NCBI GenBank assembly: GCA_951406725.2
Contig: OX597815.1
Location: 114,824,001-114,888,000, forward strand
Reading direction: 5' to 3'
DNA length: 64,000 bases
Source of the DNA: Octopus vulgaris
Lineage: Eukaryota
Shown here: positions 40,153 through 53,295 of the stretch, in pieces
Position numbering within the stretch: position 1 is the stretch's first letter
How the letters are laid out: every line of letters starts with the position of its first letter
Position numbers and translations under genes: made by a program
The notes under the pieces: generated by a model
Database searches by the model: none
What the model was told of the DNA's origin: nothing
What the model saw: only the letters and a program-made list of their open reading frames with translations

Positions 40153-40517
40153 CTGTTTCTACACATGATTTCACATCAAGAATCTTACAAAACAAATACA
40201 TAAACATTTTATACAATTTTTATGATTTTAATAACTTTTTGTCTTCTAATGCTTGTAGGATATCTGTACACTTCCTAGGCCTTGCCCTTTTGCCCAATCC
40301 GTCTCTTCTTATTCATCTGTTTGTCACCATTCTATGACGTTTTCAGTTAATCATAAGAGCAAAATCTGCACATAGTTCATTCTGCTTTTTTTTTTTCCGT
40401 TACTAGTTACCTCTCCCTTTCCCTGGAAATTCACTCCTTATTCTCAATACTTTCTCGCATCTGACACTACTTTATTAAAATTATATAAACTAATTTTTGT
40501 TAATAATACAGGTTGTG

Positions 40518-41075
40518 TTGTAGTAAAGATTGTTCACTAACATAACATGTCAGCCCTGGTTTAGAACTAATGTCCAACCCATGCTAGCATGGAGAACGGA
40601 CGCTAAATGATGATGATGATGATGATGATGTTGCTGTAATTTAGCCCCAGGAGACACCATCTCCAGCTGGCTATACGACATGATCTGTGTCCTTATATTT
40701 TCGAACAAGGGAATCTAGCACCCCAACTCAGCTCAAAACAATATCTGTGTATCTCATATTGTAAAATTTTTTTAAAAAATAGTAATTTTCTAATTTATAG
40801 ATCAGTGACTAGTTGTCACTTTGAAAACTATATATTTCGAAAAGGAATTTGGCAGTACCGCCTCTAGCCGAACAGAAGGGAAATAACCCAGAAATCGCAA
40901 TACACAGATATTGTTTAGAGCTGAGTGGAAGTGCTAGATTCCTTTGTTCGAAAATATAAGGATACAGATCATATTGTATAGCCAGCTGGAGATGATGTCT
41001 CCTGGAGCTAATTACAGCAACATTCGTCCTAAACTAGGACCGCTATGTTATGTTGGCATACAATCTTTACTACAA
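40518..41075. mobile_element. Long-TIR foldback/MITE with a retroposon tail inserted in the left arm
   Basis: Arms 40518-40751 and 40900-41075 (ttgtagtaaagattg / caatctttactacaa); ~60-bp insert gtccaacccatgctagcatgg...(GAT)n at ~40572-40630. Confidence 0.8.
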
Positions 41076-41508
41076 AGTACTGTTGCTGAATATACTAACG
41101 TTGTGAGATTTAAAAAATAGTAATTTTCTAACAGGTTGTGTTATTTATAATTTCTTTTTTTTTTCTTTTTTGTTTACCACTGAAAATCAGAATTGTAAGA
41201 GGTGCTGGACTTGTGTCTGATTCTTTTTCATTTCCTGAGGCATTCTCAGAAGTTCCTACTCATGTATAATGATTTCATTTCTTTTCTACAACATATTTAT
41301 GTGTCAGTAACAGCATAAAAACATTTTATTGATTACTTGAAACTTTTATCCATATGTATGTGAACATAACTGGTGTATATTTTACAATTTTTACTGCACT
41401 TGTGATATTTTTTTTTATATTTCCTTATCTGTATTTCCTTTTTATATTTCCTTATCTGTATTCAATTATACACATCACTAATATTTCGTTTATATTTATC
41501 CCTTTTAG

Positions 41509-41577
41509 GCTACAATCAGGCAAGGAGATATTCTTTTAAATAGAGTCCAGAAACTGAGCCGTGTTATCAACATATGA
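41509..41577 (+). CDS. PSMD6: PSMD6 exon 8 (terminal)
   Basis: tttag|ATIRQGDILLNRVQKLSRVINI* (TGA); exon lengths sum to 1173 nt = 390 aa + stop. Confidence 0.96.
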   Translation, partial: ATIRQGDILLNRVQKLSRVINI

Positions 41578-42135
41578 GAATAGAAGAACCAGAGTTTTCC
41601 AATAGTCAGTTTGCTTCAGTTCTTACTTTCATAGGATGATGTACATATAATGCAGTGACTGTATGAAAGAGATATTTACATTAAGAATAATTTAAGAAAT
41701 CCAGCTTAAATTATTTCTAGCCATATCATGAAAAGATGTGATGGATCCCACTGGAAAGAATTCTTTTGCCCACTCTCTCTTTGAAATACCATAAACTATT
41801 ACCATTCTGATTAACTGCTTCACCATTTTAACATGACTGATCAATTATTTTCCGTAACCATAAGATAAATTTGAACACTTCAAGTTTTTGTCAGTCCTGC
41901 TATAGATTAAGAGCTTGAGTATTTGTGGATACTGTTAGCAGTTTTGGTACTGCAACCAGAACTAAAACAATGGATTGGTTAACTTTGTTTTTTTTTTTTT
42001 CTTTTTCTTTTTTCTTTTTTGCTGGGATTCATTTACATCTATTGCAGTCATTTATACCTTCTGTAATCATTTTCATGTCTATCAATTAACTTCTTGACTG
42101 ATAATTGACTGTTATTAGAACCATTTTACTAATTA

Positions 42136-42141
42136 AATAAA
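42136..42141 (+). terminator. Probable PSMD6 polyadenylation signal
   Basis: AATAAA about 560 nt after the stop, followed ~35 nt later by a GT/T-rich tract (ctttgttgtgtttt); repeats resume right after. Confidence 0.6.
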
Positions 42142-42239
42142 AATGACTCAATTATTTACTCTTTTCACAAAAACCTTTGTTGTGTTTTATTTATCATGTC
42201 TGTTTTCTTTTTTAATTATCTTCGAACTTTGAACCTCAC

Positions 42240-42610
42240 AGAGGTCTTTCGCAATGAGCTGTGCTTGAGAGGACCCATCAAGCCAAAAAGAACACTTTTT
42301 GAGCATTGGGCCTCACAGAGGCAAAGTGGCTGAGTTCCTTTTGAGTTTTGGGTCCCATGGAGGTAATGACCAAGACCTTTGGCATTATATTGTGCTTGAG
42401 AAGACCATCAAGCCAAGCAAAATTGCAGTCGTGGCAGATACCAGTGTCACGCAAATGGCACCCATGACATTCTCGGAGTGGTTGGTGTTAGGAAGGGCAT
42501 CCAGCTATAGAAAATCATGCCAAATCAGACTGGAGTCTGGTGCAGCGTACCTGCCCAGTTAAACTGTCCCACCCATGCCAGCATGGACAACAGACGTTAA
42601 ATGATGATGA
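42240..42610 (+). mobile_element. RTE-type 3' tail/SINE
   Basis: ggaagggcatccagctatagaaa...ccatgccagcatgg...(GAT)n. Further copies near 585-760, 43110-43256, 52060-52213 and 60080-60300. Confidence 0.8.
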
Positions 42611-45600
42611 TTTAATTTTATTTTAAGTGATGTGTCAACCTACTTGTAATGCTTTTCAACCAGTTTCTTATTGTAGACTTTGTATTGTGTCTATCTTTTA
42701 ATTGCAGGCATATTATTTGTTAGATTAGATGATTATAATGGTCAAGTGGCTAAAACATAGTGTTTGCTTCATTATCAGGGCTCTTTAGAACCCCTGTGCC
42801 CATGCCCTCAGGGGCTGGGCTATGAAAAATAAAACTGGAACAATGACCTCAAGGACTAGACAAAAAGGATCCTGATGGAGTGTATAGCTGCAGCATGAGA
42901 CTGCAATATATGGAGAAAAACAACAGCTGTTTAAGGTCCCTGACCCTCAGCCATAATGATGGGCATACTCCTTCTTTCAATCAGATAAGAGATACTAAAA
43001 CAGAGATTGTTACTATAACTGTGAAAAGTATATTGATCAGTTAGCTTAAAAACTCTTCAACATTTTGAATTGGATTTCTGAATAAATAAATAAGTCATCC
43101 TCCTTTTCCATCAATATACACTTAAAAGCACCCAATCCACACTGTAAAGTAGTTGGTGTTTGGAAGGGCATCCAGCTGTGAAGTCCGGTGCAGGCTTTGG
43201 CCTAGCCGGCTCTCCCATGCTAGCAAGGAACATGAATGTTAAATGATGATGATGATACAATATTGAATTCTTCTGAAGTGGAAGAAAACAAAATTGAATT
43301 GGAATTACTCCCATATTTCACAAGATATATGGAAATCAAGGTTCCTGGCTGGATTTTAAACTCGGAACTAATATGTACCAAACTGATTAATATTAAAAGC
43401 ATCTAGCCTGATATTTTATTGTAGTCATCTGTAGCATTGCCTATGAAATCTGTGTTGTTTACAATCATTGAAATACTTACTTGAAATAATTCTTTACTAC
43501 AATTAACTATTTTTTATTTTTTAAAATTAATTTTGTTTTGGTTTGTAAAAAGAGGTCATGCAGGCTAAACCGGTGAGATTGATAGAGTTGATATTGTTGA
43601 ACAATACAAATTGATGGCTTGTGGAGAAGTGAGTTGAGTGAATTGTAAAGGAGTGGTGTTCCGAGAAAGAACTTGGGCAAAATGTTTAGTGTAAAGTCTA
43701 CGAGGGACAACAACATGCAAAGAATTAAGTTTAATTTACTAACAAAACTTAGCACATTTTATTTTTACCTTTTCTTCAGTGGCATGAAAAATTTATATTT
43801 CTAATACACATGAAGTTCGGGTTCTGTAAAGATTATGTATTTTAAAATTCTGATGCATATAATCCTTAAAAACCTCATTAAATAATTTTATAGTATTGTC
43901 ATTCTCTCTTTCATAATATGTAAAACCACTTTTAATGTTGGAAAGAAAAAGTGTTTTAAATGTTCAGAAACATACTTTATTTCAAATACTTTTTAATAAT
44001 TTTTTTTTAGAAATAGTTCTGCATAATACCAAATTTAGTTTTGGACTTTATTGGGCTGGTATAGGTTCACATATTTTGGTCGACACATTGCACATGCTTA
44101 TGGTATAACTGCAGTGTAGCTGTGCGTTTAATAAAATGAAATAAAATCTTTATTATATGTCATTGGAAAGTTACAAATATGGAAAATAATTTGGTGAAAA
44201 GGAGGGCTTTCTCTGTTACAGGAATATCTTTTGGTCACCAATAGTACTAGTTCATTACTCTTTTTCTCTCTTTTATGCAAATATTTTCATTGTATTATTC
44301 AAAAGCTCCATTGTTTAGCAGTTGGCTAATGTAAGCATTGATTATATTAATAATTGAACAAAACTCCTAAGTGTTAATCTCTCCTGTCACAACATACTAA
44401 GAAAGCAAATATTCCATAACATATAATAGGTTACAAAATAAGCCATGCTTCTAAGCAAAGAAGAAAAATTATTGGTGTCTTCAGCAAAAAGCCAATTTGC
44501 TGTTTATTTCTTGGTCAAGTATGATTGAACTGTCCTATAGTTAAAAAACATTCTAGCAGTGATCATCCCATATTTTTAAGAAATGTGTCCTTTCTTGGTT
44601 AACTTTGTGCAGTGTGTATTAAAGGAAATTTGGCTGCATTTTGTAGTAGGTTGATTGAAAATGCTTTAATTAGCCATTTTTGCCCTCGAAGGTAAGACAT
44701 AGTTGATTCAATTGACACAAAAGAGATGTCACTTGAAAGATTGCATATAGTGAGAAACTTAAGTTTGATCTCAGCAGAATTTAGACTCAGGACATTAGGG
44801 ATGAAACTTATTTAATCTATTACTTTACTATGTTAGAGGTAAAACTGATGTTATTATGAGAAGAAAACTAAAACAAACAATAACTAAGTATTTTTATAAG
44901 TCTGAATTCAGTAATAAGAGATACACAAGATTGCATAACTGTCAGAACAGCTTCATATTTTTTTCTTCTTGAATTCTTAAATTCCAAACAATTTATTTTG
45001 GTGGATTTTATATCATTCTAGAATTAAAAGTGAACATTAATTGTAGGAAGGCCTAAAAATGGGTTAAATAAAAGAAAATTTTGTTTGTTTAAATGAAATT
45101 TTATAATGGATTAGCCAACCAGAAAGTTTACCTCTGTTAAATACTTATTTAGCTAAGAAAATTGAATGAAGAACTGAAGGAATAATTCTATCTAATTTTG
45201 GCACAAGGCCAGCAGTTTTTTAAGGGGAGGGGTAAGTTGATTACGTTGACCCAGTACTTGAATGGTACTAGTTTTATCAACTCCAAAAAGGGCAAAGTTG
45301 ACCATGCCAAGATTAAAGGAGCCACAAAAAATGCTGTTGTTGCAAGAATAATATGAAGTACTACCATTTAAATGTAAATTTCCAGTATGTTTGGGTGTAA
45401 AATTGACAACTGGAAACTGTTTTGGTTCTCCACATTTAACCTTTCATTAACTTGATAAGTATGAACATTTTCGATGTTCAGATTTTTAATTTTCATGCAT
45501 TCATTTCAATAGATTTAGCAAAATAAAGGAAGGACTTTAATATATATCATATTAAGGGAAACAGTTATCTGACTAATAAGTCGGACAAGATGGGATGTTC

Positions 45601-46714
45601 TTTTTTATGGGGAAGTGGGAGAATCAATTTTAAATATTTAGAAGATAGAGCAATTAAAATATCTTTGTAACATTATTCTCTCATCAACACAGAATGGGTT
45701 TCTATAACCACAGCGTCTACAAAAAAATTAATTAAAAAAGTTCAGTGATTAAAAAATAAGCCTTTATTTAGCCTGTTACAGCAGTAAGCAAACATATGCT
45801 TGACGACAGCCAAATGGGGTGATAAACATTGTGTAAATATATATATATGTATATGTTACAAGATCTAAAGGAAGGCCATTTATAAAGAGGCAAGACTGAA
45901 GCCAGAGACAATAAAAATAAATTAAAATGTAAAATAATATGAAAAAAAATTTGAAGCTATGCAATGAATTGACAAATGTATTTGCTTATCTGATCACTAA
46001 TTGTTAGGATATCTTAGTTAATAGTATGTGTGTGTGTATATATATGTATATATACGCACATATATATACATACATATATGTATATACATACATATATATA
46101 CATATATATAATATATATATATATACATATACATGCATATACACACACATATTAAACTGAAAATGAGATCTAATGAGTCATTCGTTCGTTAGTTGATAAA
46201 TTCTTGCATTGAAGCCATAACAAGAAAATCTTTTTGTCTGTTAAGAATCTGATGCATTTGAGAATAGCAAATAAATAAAACAGAGCATTCTTTATAGTGG
46301 GCATCTTACTGATAATCACTGCCAATTTTTTAAATTCTGTAGACCAGTTGCAAACAAGGAACCAGTATGTGGGAGTTTTCCTTGTCTTTTTGCCTCATTG
46401 ATATTGTAACAATTTTTACACTATCTTTCTATTGATCTATTCTGATTGTCTTCAGATGCCATTTTTCGGTACACATACATCCTTTGACTAGATTTGACCT
46501 CAGAATATTTATTTCTACTTCTATGTTTTCAATGCTTTGCATTAAATATAGAAATTCTGAATTGAAATCTAGCAAAAGTATCTGTGTTTTTTATTTATAA
46601 ATAAGGGACTTGAAGATGACTGAAAAATGGACAGGTTAAAACTAAAGTGAGATTAATAGTTCAGAAAATTGGAATTATGAGTGAGTTACCTCGTATCACA
46701 ATTGGTATGGTAAT

Positions 46715-46831
46715 ACATATATGCATACACAAATACTCACATACACTTATATACATACATACATATATATATATATATACACATATATATATACACATAT
46801 ATATATACATAAATATATACATACAGATAAC

Positions 46832-46871
<40 letters not shown>

Positions 46872-47066
46872 TCTATATAGATAGATATATCTATATATAC
46901 ATACATACCAAAAAAAATATATATTTATATATATATATATACACGCACACACATATGCATATATGTATATATATTCACAAATATATCTATATATATATAG
47001 ATAGATATATATATACATATATATGTATATACATAAACACATATGTATACATATACACATATTTAT

Positions 47067-47115
<49 letters not shown>

Positions 47116-47262
47116 TACAGGATATATACACATATTTTTATATATGTATACACACACACACCTATTTATATATAATTGTGTGTGTGTGTCTATATATATA
47201 TAGGTGTATATATATATATATATATATATACACATGTTTATATATGTATATATACACATGTT

Positions 47263-47302
<40 letters not shown>

Positions 47303-47400
47303 TATACATACATGTATATATAAATATACACATATATGTACACATATATATATATATGTACACTCACATACACACACACACACACATTTATGTATGTGTT
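46715..47400. repeat. Compound (TA)/(CA)/(TG) microsatellite
   Basis: About 680 bp of alternating purine-pyrimidine low-complexity sequence; source of several spurious ORFs. Confidence 0.97.
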
Positions 47401-48534
47401 AACTGGGATTATAAAGGGTTCTGACAGCCAACTGTGTATGAATCCAAGATGTTTGACAGTAGATGAAAGGTTGTTGTTAATGGGTAAGTTTATAATTTAG
47501 CCATTCAAATGTTGTTCAGACCCAAGTCAACCTTGGTTGAGAAAACCTATGATCAAAAGCATTGCAATTATTACAATCTGATCACTTTAGGGTTATCTAG
47601 GATTACATTATCTAATGTGCCTTTCTTTAGGTTTGAAGTGGAGGCAGATTGAGCAACCATGAAGAGGTTCCCTCACTGGTTTGTAACCATTCAAATTTCT
47701 TATGTATGTGAAGTGTCATTCATAGTATCCACACATCAGGAGAGTCTCTTTTAAATTTCATTCCGAAGACTTTGAATATGTGGCAACAGGCTGAGATTCA
47801 GAATTTATGTATAGGATTGAAGTTGATACTTAGAGCTTTTCTGCAATATGGATAAATGACTTCAGAATGCATTAATAACAGGAATGGACATATTTAGGGA
47901 TTCTAGAACATTAGTTTTAAAATGATCAGCTCATTCTGTCAGTTCCAAGCGAAAAAGAATGTGGATTTTTGAAAATTATTTTGAAATGAAGAGATGAAAG
48001 ACAGAATACTGACACTAATACAGTTCATTTTGCTTAGGATGTATATCATGTAGAAATGGACCAGTTATTAAAAGACTAATCATAGTCATATCCTTAATTC
48101 ATTTTAAAAGAGATTTTACTGACATATTTGATATAGTGAATGACACATGGTATTGCAATTTTTAGCTTTCATCCACTGACAGAGACAATCATCTTAGAAC
48201 ATGACTTTGTAATTCTAGTTACCATACATGCAAGTACAAGACACTATATACTTATCAAGCACTCATCATTTTGTTCAAGAAAAACTATACAAAAACAATG
48301 AATGTGTGTGTGCACATGTATATATATGCGCATGCACACACACACACACACACACATACACACACAAACTGTGCTTGTATAAGTCAGAAAATGTGTGTGT
48401 GTGTGTGTAATTTTGGGTCCACCGATGAGTATGCTTGGCAAATGCCACCCACATGAAAACTTTGGATATAAGGAAATAACCTGTTTTACCAAAACACAAT
48501 TACCAAAACATAATTATATATATATATATATACA

Positions 48535-48743
48535 TACGAGGTGGTGCTGAAAAGTTCCTGGTTTTAAGGATATTGCAAAAAGCCTGGTTGGAAGCCAAAC
48601 TTTTTCATTTCTTTTATAGGGCTTAGAAAAACTGAAGGACTGTTGCAATAAGTGTGTGAATCTGAGGGGATAAAATCGTAATTAAGCGATCTTCCTGTAT
48701 TTTCTTTTACCCAAAGCCAGGAACTTTTCAGTACCACCTCTTA
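48535..48743 (+). mobile_element. Mariner-derived MITE (internal deletion derivative)
   Basis: TIRs tacgaggtggtgctgaaaagttcctggttt / aaagccaggaacttttcagtaccacctctta in TA context; interior encodes GLEKLKDCCNKCVNLRG, a mariner C-terminal remnant. Confidence 0.9.
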
Positions 48744-49407
48744 TATATATATATATATGTATGTGTGTGGGTATATGCTTACTATACACACATATATGAA
48801 TATATATATATATATATATGAGGGTGAGTATGCATGTATACATACAAACTTTTATATATATATATATGATGTGGGCCATTCCCTGGTAGCAACAATGCTG
48901 CTTGGCACTGCTGGATGGAGGGGATAGTGTTGTAAGGTACTGAAATTATTGTAACCTCCAGTCAACAGCTGATAAAAGGAATGTCCATCAGTGCAAGCTG
49001 TATGTAAAATATAAATAATATATACAGACACTTAAAACATGATTAGACATGATTTTAAAAAATGTAAAACGCTAAGATAGAAAACCAATGTTCAAATATT
49101 CATAATATTTCTTTTCTATCTTTAATCATTTTGACAGACCACTCAGAAAGGACTGGCAATTTCATTTTATTGGGTTTTTTTTTTCTATTTTTGATTTTCT
49201 TTTTGTGGGAGGCGAAACTTAGGAATTTAAAGGTTGAATATATTAAAAAAGTTGTCGCGATATAATGGAATAATCTTTTTTTTTTTGGTTTAGCAAAATC
49301 TAAAATGAGATTCCAAACCTAATATTGTTAGATCCTCTTCCCAACATTGACTGTATCTGCAAAATTGTCATACCTACAGTATCTTATGATCATGTTGAAA
49401 GAGGGTG

Positions 49408-49419
49408 ATATATATCTAT

Positions 49420-49468
<49 letters not shown>

Positions 49469-49640
49469 TATACATGTCTGTATATATATAAATATATACA
49501 TGTGTATACATATATATATACATATATTTATATATATACATGTGTATACATATATACAAACATGTATATTTATATATATATATATACACATACATATATA
49601 TATATATACACATACATGCATACATATATATATATATATA
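49408..49640. repeat. Compound (TA)n microsatellite
   Basis: TA/CA low-complexity run. Confidence 0.97.
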
Positions 49641-50020
49641 TATTGTCAATATATCATATATCCAAAAAAGAAGCACATTCTAAAGTATAGAACAGTAAAG
49701 TATTAAAGTAATTAAGTTAATGTCTGGTCATAGAGTGACAAGTGGTTTGCATCCACAAAAGCTGTAGCTTTGCAGATGACTCATCTATTCCCTAGTCTGA
49801 AGACAAATTTAACTCTTCACCTCTGGACAGATATCTACCTCCTATAGGTGAAGAGTTAAATTAGTCTTCACACTAGAGTATAGATGACTCGTCCTCAAAG
49901 CTACAGCCTTTGTAGATGTGAAACTATTGGTCACTCTATGACCAGACATTAACTTTATTACTTTACTGCTCTATGCTTTAGACTGCTTCTTTTTTTTAGA
50001 TATGTGATACATTGACAATA
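49641..50020. repeat. 380-bp palindrome; candidate head-to-head Penelope-like pseudo-LTR pair
   Basis: Arms 49641-49822 and 49846-50020 (tattgtcaat...ctcttcacct / aggtgaagag...attgacaata), 23-nt spacer, both ends in (TA)n. Confidence 0.8.
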
Positions 50021-50042
50021 TATATATAATACATATATATAT

Positions 50043-50157
50043 AAGAGCATAGGCTCGAAACATAAAAGACTTTCTCACCTTCCTAATCATTAAACTAAAA
50101 CACTTGTTTGTTGCTTATACACCTGTTTTCGTCTTATGTTTTTCTGTAAATTTCAAC

Positions 50158-50196
<39 letters not shown>

Positions 50197-50340
50197 ATAG
50201 GGAGAGTTTACGAAAACAACAAAAGATGAAGACAGGTGGTGTACAAAACAAACAGATGTATTAGTATAACGCTCAGGAATAGAAAAAGTCTTTTACGTTT
50301 CGAGCCTACACTCTTCTACAGAAAGGGACACAGAAAAAAC
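50043..50340. mobile_element. Two Penelope-like 3' ends tail-to-tail across (TA)n
   Basis: 50043-50160 (+) and 50196-50340 (-) are reverse complements (aagagcataggctcgaaacataaaagactt / aagtcttttacgtttcgagcctacactctt), with a hammerhead-like motif. Confidence 0.7.
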
Positions 50341-50379
50341 AAATGTGTATATATATGTGTGTATATGTGTTTGTGTATG

Positions 50380-50415
<36 letters not shown>

Positions 50416-53264
50416 CGTACATATATATATTTATTATTTATGTTGAAAAGGGAACCAATTTTTGTATAAACGTTTTTTTTAGTTGTTGATTTTTGGGTAA
50501 AATGTTGTCCTTGTTTTGAAGTTTAAAATAAAATTCACTTTAATCTTGAATTAAGTTAATTTAATCAGTATTAATTCTATAGTTTAAATATACTAAGAGA
50601 TATTTAAGCCATATGTTAAACTTGTAGTTCAACATCTTGTTTTTGCTGGCAACCGAGTTAGTAAAAAATCTTATGTAATATATTGATTTCCTTTTGTTTA
50701 GGTACAAATCTGTTTTTGTAAAGAAGAATATGATTGAATCAATCTCAGTATATTACTGGTGTTCATTTTACCTATTCTAGAAAGAAAAATATTAGAGTCC
50801 AGTTGATCCTGCAAGTTTTAAATTCTGAATGCTAGCTTACTAAGCTAGATGTTATCAAACATCAGTAGATCTAATGCATCACTCAGATTAATACTACCAC
50901 CTGGGTCTTGGTTACCTTCAGTGGAAACCATTCATTGTGAGTGTTCTGGTCTGAGAATAACTTTTTCTCTTCACCACTCTGGTTTAGGAGGCTCTGAAGA
51001 CAAAATTCACAGGGGCTATCTTTTGACTAAGCCAATATAAATACTCCAGACAGTGTACTACTGACTTGGTCATCTCCATAATCATTAAATATGAAAATAA
51101 ACAAGTACTGATTCTTATTAAGTTATGGAGTGAAAATAGGAATGTATGGAAAAATGATTATTTAGAGTATGTTCCCTTGTAAAAGCTTCTGGTATCCATG
51201 GCTACGGATAAAAATCAATTGAAATTTATTTGAAAATAACATCACTATGTAATCAACATAACATTACACAATGTTACCTAATCATCAGTAGTGTAAAGTT
51301 ATTGTTGTTTAGTTCTACATCAGACATGATCCAACAGATCTATCATCAAAGGCATTCTGGCTGTGACCATCTCCATCTTACACAGAATATCTAGGACTAT
51401 CCTTTCTGACATGGTCTTTCTATTTTTGTAAAACAGCAAGGTGTGATTTCAGAAAGATTTGACTAGCAGATTGGACAACTTGTAGAGGTATCTTTTTTAA
51501 GTTATAACTATAGATGATGGTGATGGTGGTAGTTAGCCTTAGTCAATTCTTGTAAACAATCCTATGAAACACTAAGCAGTTCTGATTAAATGTTTACCAG
51601 CCACCCATACTGTCATCATCATCATCATCATTATCATTACCATCATCAATACTGACAGTATAGATATTCTACACTTAATGTCCAGCACATCGGTTTAGAT
51701 TTGTACTTTAGAATTTAATCAATGGACAGTTTGCTACATTGTAGAGTATATTGAGAAAAATAAGAAATCTATATTTTTACAATTTTATAGGTATCCTTTT
51801 ACCTTAAGGCTTAACTTTTTTATGCCTATGAGCTTTTAGAGTCTTTGTCAGTGGATAGCTTCAAAGTTTGAATGCTATCAAACGGTTCTAAGCTTTAAAA
51901 TTGAAGGTTTTAAAGTTACAGACCACAGTTAGTGCCAACTCTATTACTCTCCTTATCGCAACTATAAATCTGTTTCTCTCTCCCTTAGCATCCTACCTAG
52001 AATCAACATGCTATCTTCTAGTTGTAGGGGCTACTTTGGGTCCTTAACCTTGCAAGTAATAAAGCAATCTTCACTAGTGCTGGTGGCATAAAAGAAAAGC
52101 ACACAGTAAATTCTGTAAAGTGGTTAGTGTCAGATAGAGCATCCTGCTGTAGAAACTTGTTGAATCACCCAACCCATGCTAGCATAGAACCCAGACATTA
52201 AATGATGATGATGGGATTTGTTGAAAGAGTTCTGGCTGCCATTTTGAGCAGATCAAGAGGTTGCATAGAAATTCCCATCACTGCTTGCTGCTTCATAGAA
52301 TATAAAGAGGTTAGTGTCTAGAAAGTCAATCTCTTTATTACTGACATTAGAATAAATAGCCAGATTATACTTTCTTTGGTTCATAAAAGGTATAGGATAG
52401 AGTGTCATCACAGAACAACTTTCTTGACTAAAATGAGAAACTTACTTCATCACTAGTATATCTACACCTTAATCTAAGTAGAAATTAATACAAAAGAGTA
52501 GATACAAGAATTAAAGAAAGCAATTTTTTTTGAGGTAGCTGGAAATATGAATTCCTCTCTACTGTATAGTCAAAATGTAATTTGTTGACTGGATACGAAC
52601 TATCTCAAAAATTTGGATTCAAACACATTTATAGTTATAAAGAGGAATATCAGATTAAATACAGTCCAGAGGGACAGGTGGCAATCAACATCAGAAAGAC
52701 TTGTATTAGCTCAAAAAAGCAACAGAAACAGTACAGTAAAATTACTGTGGGGAACAGAGTAGCCAGTACTGCAGCCAGTTTCTTAAATATAGAGGATGTA
52801 AGGCTCTGCTGTCTTTCTTTTATTTCCCTCCTATCATCTTTACTCTGAAGAAAGATTTTGTCCAAAACTTTGGACATTCCACTCTCCACAGCAAATTTAA
52901 TGTACTCTTTCTGTTGTATTCTTCAAATACATAAAGAAGAATAAATGGCCTAATGTGTAAGGTATTAGACTACCCACTCAGATGTTAAAAGTTCAGATCA
53001 GCATCTCATATTCAATATTTCATTGTTTCTGTGAAGGAGACTCAACAGTATCCACTTTAGTTTCTTTAACTCTCGGAAATATGTACCGAATCATATAAGA
53101 ACAGTCTTAGACTTTGTTCCTACATAATGAAGGCAATAGGAAGTTACTCAAGTTTAGTATAAGAAGCTAATGAAAATATAGCAAAGCATGTATTTCATTC
53201 AAGATATGATAGATTTATCAGTGCTGGACACTGCAGAACTAGAACTAAGTTCTGAAAGAAAGAA

Positions 53265-53295
<31 letters not shown>

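Noticed and set aside
46647-47402. Long [12 protein letters not shown] ORFs (also 704-968, 4386-4766, 49328-49706)
   Set aside because: Translation artefacts of dinucleotide microsatellites.
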